Below are positions 62,608-64,000 of a stretch of DNA of 64,000 nucleotides, piece after piece; the stretch's first letter is position 1, and each line of letters opens with the position of its first letter. The DNA is taken from NCBI GenBank assembly GCA_964016885.1, contig OZ024754.1:31310001-31374000 (forward strand), given 5' to 3'. The DNA is from Eledone cirrhosa. Taxonomy: Eukaryota. Position numbers and translations under genes: made by a program. The notes below the pieces were generated by a model. That model ran no database searches, was not told where the DNA came from, and saw only the letters and a list, made by a program, of their open reading frames with translations.

Positions 62608-64000
62608 AAGACACTTCCGTGCGAGCGGAACACGGTCTCCCGACCATTCACACATCAAATGGGACAAAACCGTCTGACCCATGCTAGCGTGGAAGAAGGA
62701 CGTTAAACGATGATGATGATAAATATATATATATAATATTTGTAAATCGAACTTTAGCTGCAGTTTCGATTTGTTTGAGGCAATCACAAAGCACTCAATG
62801 GATCGAAAGTTAAAAACAAACATTAAGTCCAGAGTTAACACCGTAGTTATGAAATGTGACACCAAGATAACTGACTGAAGACACCAGCTATACATACAAC
62901 AAAATTACGATAGATACAGAAAGGTTTTTCATACCTGGACCATCTCTGATTGATTAAAATCAATATAATCTCTGATAGGTTTCTGGAACCCCTGGAAGTT
63001 ATATACCGCGTTATAAATATATATCATCATCATCGCCGTTTAATGTCCTATTTTCCATGCTAGCATGGGTTAGATGAGTTATCTAGTAATGAGTCAAGTC
63101 AGATCAAGTGAACTGTTTATGGCTGGATGCCTTTCCTAATTCCACCACATTTACAGTGTGGCCTTTTATCGTGGCACCAAAAGAGCCAACTGACAGGTTG
63201 GACTGGTTGCTTTTTATTGTGCCACCAACATGACCACTTTACAGTGTGAACTGGGTGCTTTTTGTTGTCACCAACATGACCAGTTTAGAGCGTGGACTGG
63301 GTGCTTTTTTATAAATATATATATATTTTCGTTGACATACAAAGCATTTGGAAATTTGAAAATATAGTCAACACATTACAAATAACTATGATACCAATTA
63401 ACAACTATAAATAATTGTTGAATAAATTGAGTGAAGTACCAGATTTATTCAACTATTATATATAGTTATCAACTACTATTATAATTATCTGCAATGTGGC
63501 GACAGTGTTTGCAAATATTTTATATTGCAATTGGTGAACTATGACACTGTTGGTTGCAGGTTTTCAGCAAGCCAATCACTGGTTCACAACATTTGAGAAG
63601 TACATCTTTTCTGGTTTTATTCCTCATTTTAACATTGGTAAAATATTTACTGTTAAAAGAATACATCTTTCTATTTGGTTGTACAAAACCTCAATTCAAA
63701 ACGTATGGGACATTACAAATGTATGTATAATGGAGATGTGACTTATACATGAGTATATAGTGTTGAAAAAAAAGCATTTAAATAACAAGAAGAAATGGAA
63801 ATCAAGATAATTTAGTATTTTTCCTAACAACCCCATCCTAAAATGTCTCTGGTTCTATGGAACAAAATCACCCATTTTAAAAAGTTTCTATATAAATTAA
63901 TATATTACATAATTTTATATAAGAATCTTTCCTTAAGATATGTTACAAATACCATCTTAATGAAATAATTTTAGTAAAGCTGCTCCAAATTCTACGAGGG

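Overview
AT-rich, repeat-dense eukaryotic (animal) genomic DNA. The SINE, LINE and Helitron landscape suggests an octopus or other coleoid cephalopod; this is an inference. The main feature is the 5' part of a plus-strand, intron-rich PSME4 (PA200/Blm10 proteasome activator) gene. I reconstructed 21 coding exons by hand (20364..62144, about 2471 nt, about 823 codons, all introns GT-AG, phases consistent, no stops); the gene continues past the window end. The ORF track misses most exons, and nearly all its long ORFs are translations of repeats, including the 1605-aa SSPLQHSPLP ORF, which lies in an intron. Introns hold an 11.2-kb 36/37-bp satellite, a 4.6-kb 15/30-bp satellite and several minisatellites, some of which copy splice signals. 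The first ~19 kb is a nested stack of non-autonomous elements: hAT and piggyBac-type MITEs, Helitron-like elements (including a ~630-bp fold-back built around CTAG|TC head-to-tail junctions), two tRNA-derived SINE families and decayed RTE LINEs. It may also hold a terminal exon of an upstream gene. There is no prokaryotic system and no CRISPR array. I cannot claim a new biological system; the best leads concern mobile-element mechanism and repeat-generated splice-site duplications.
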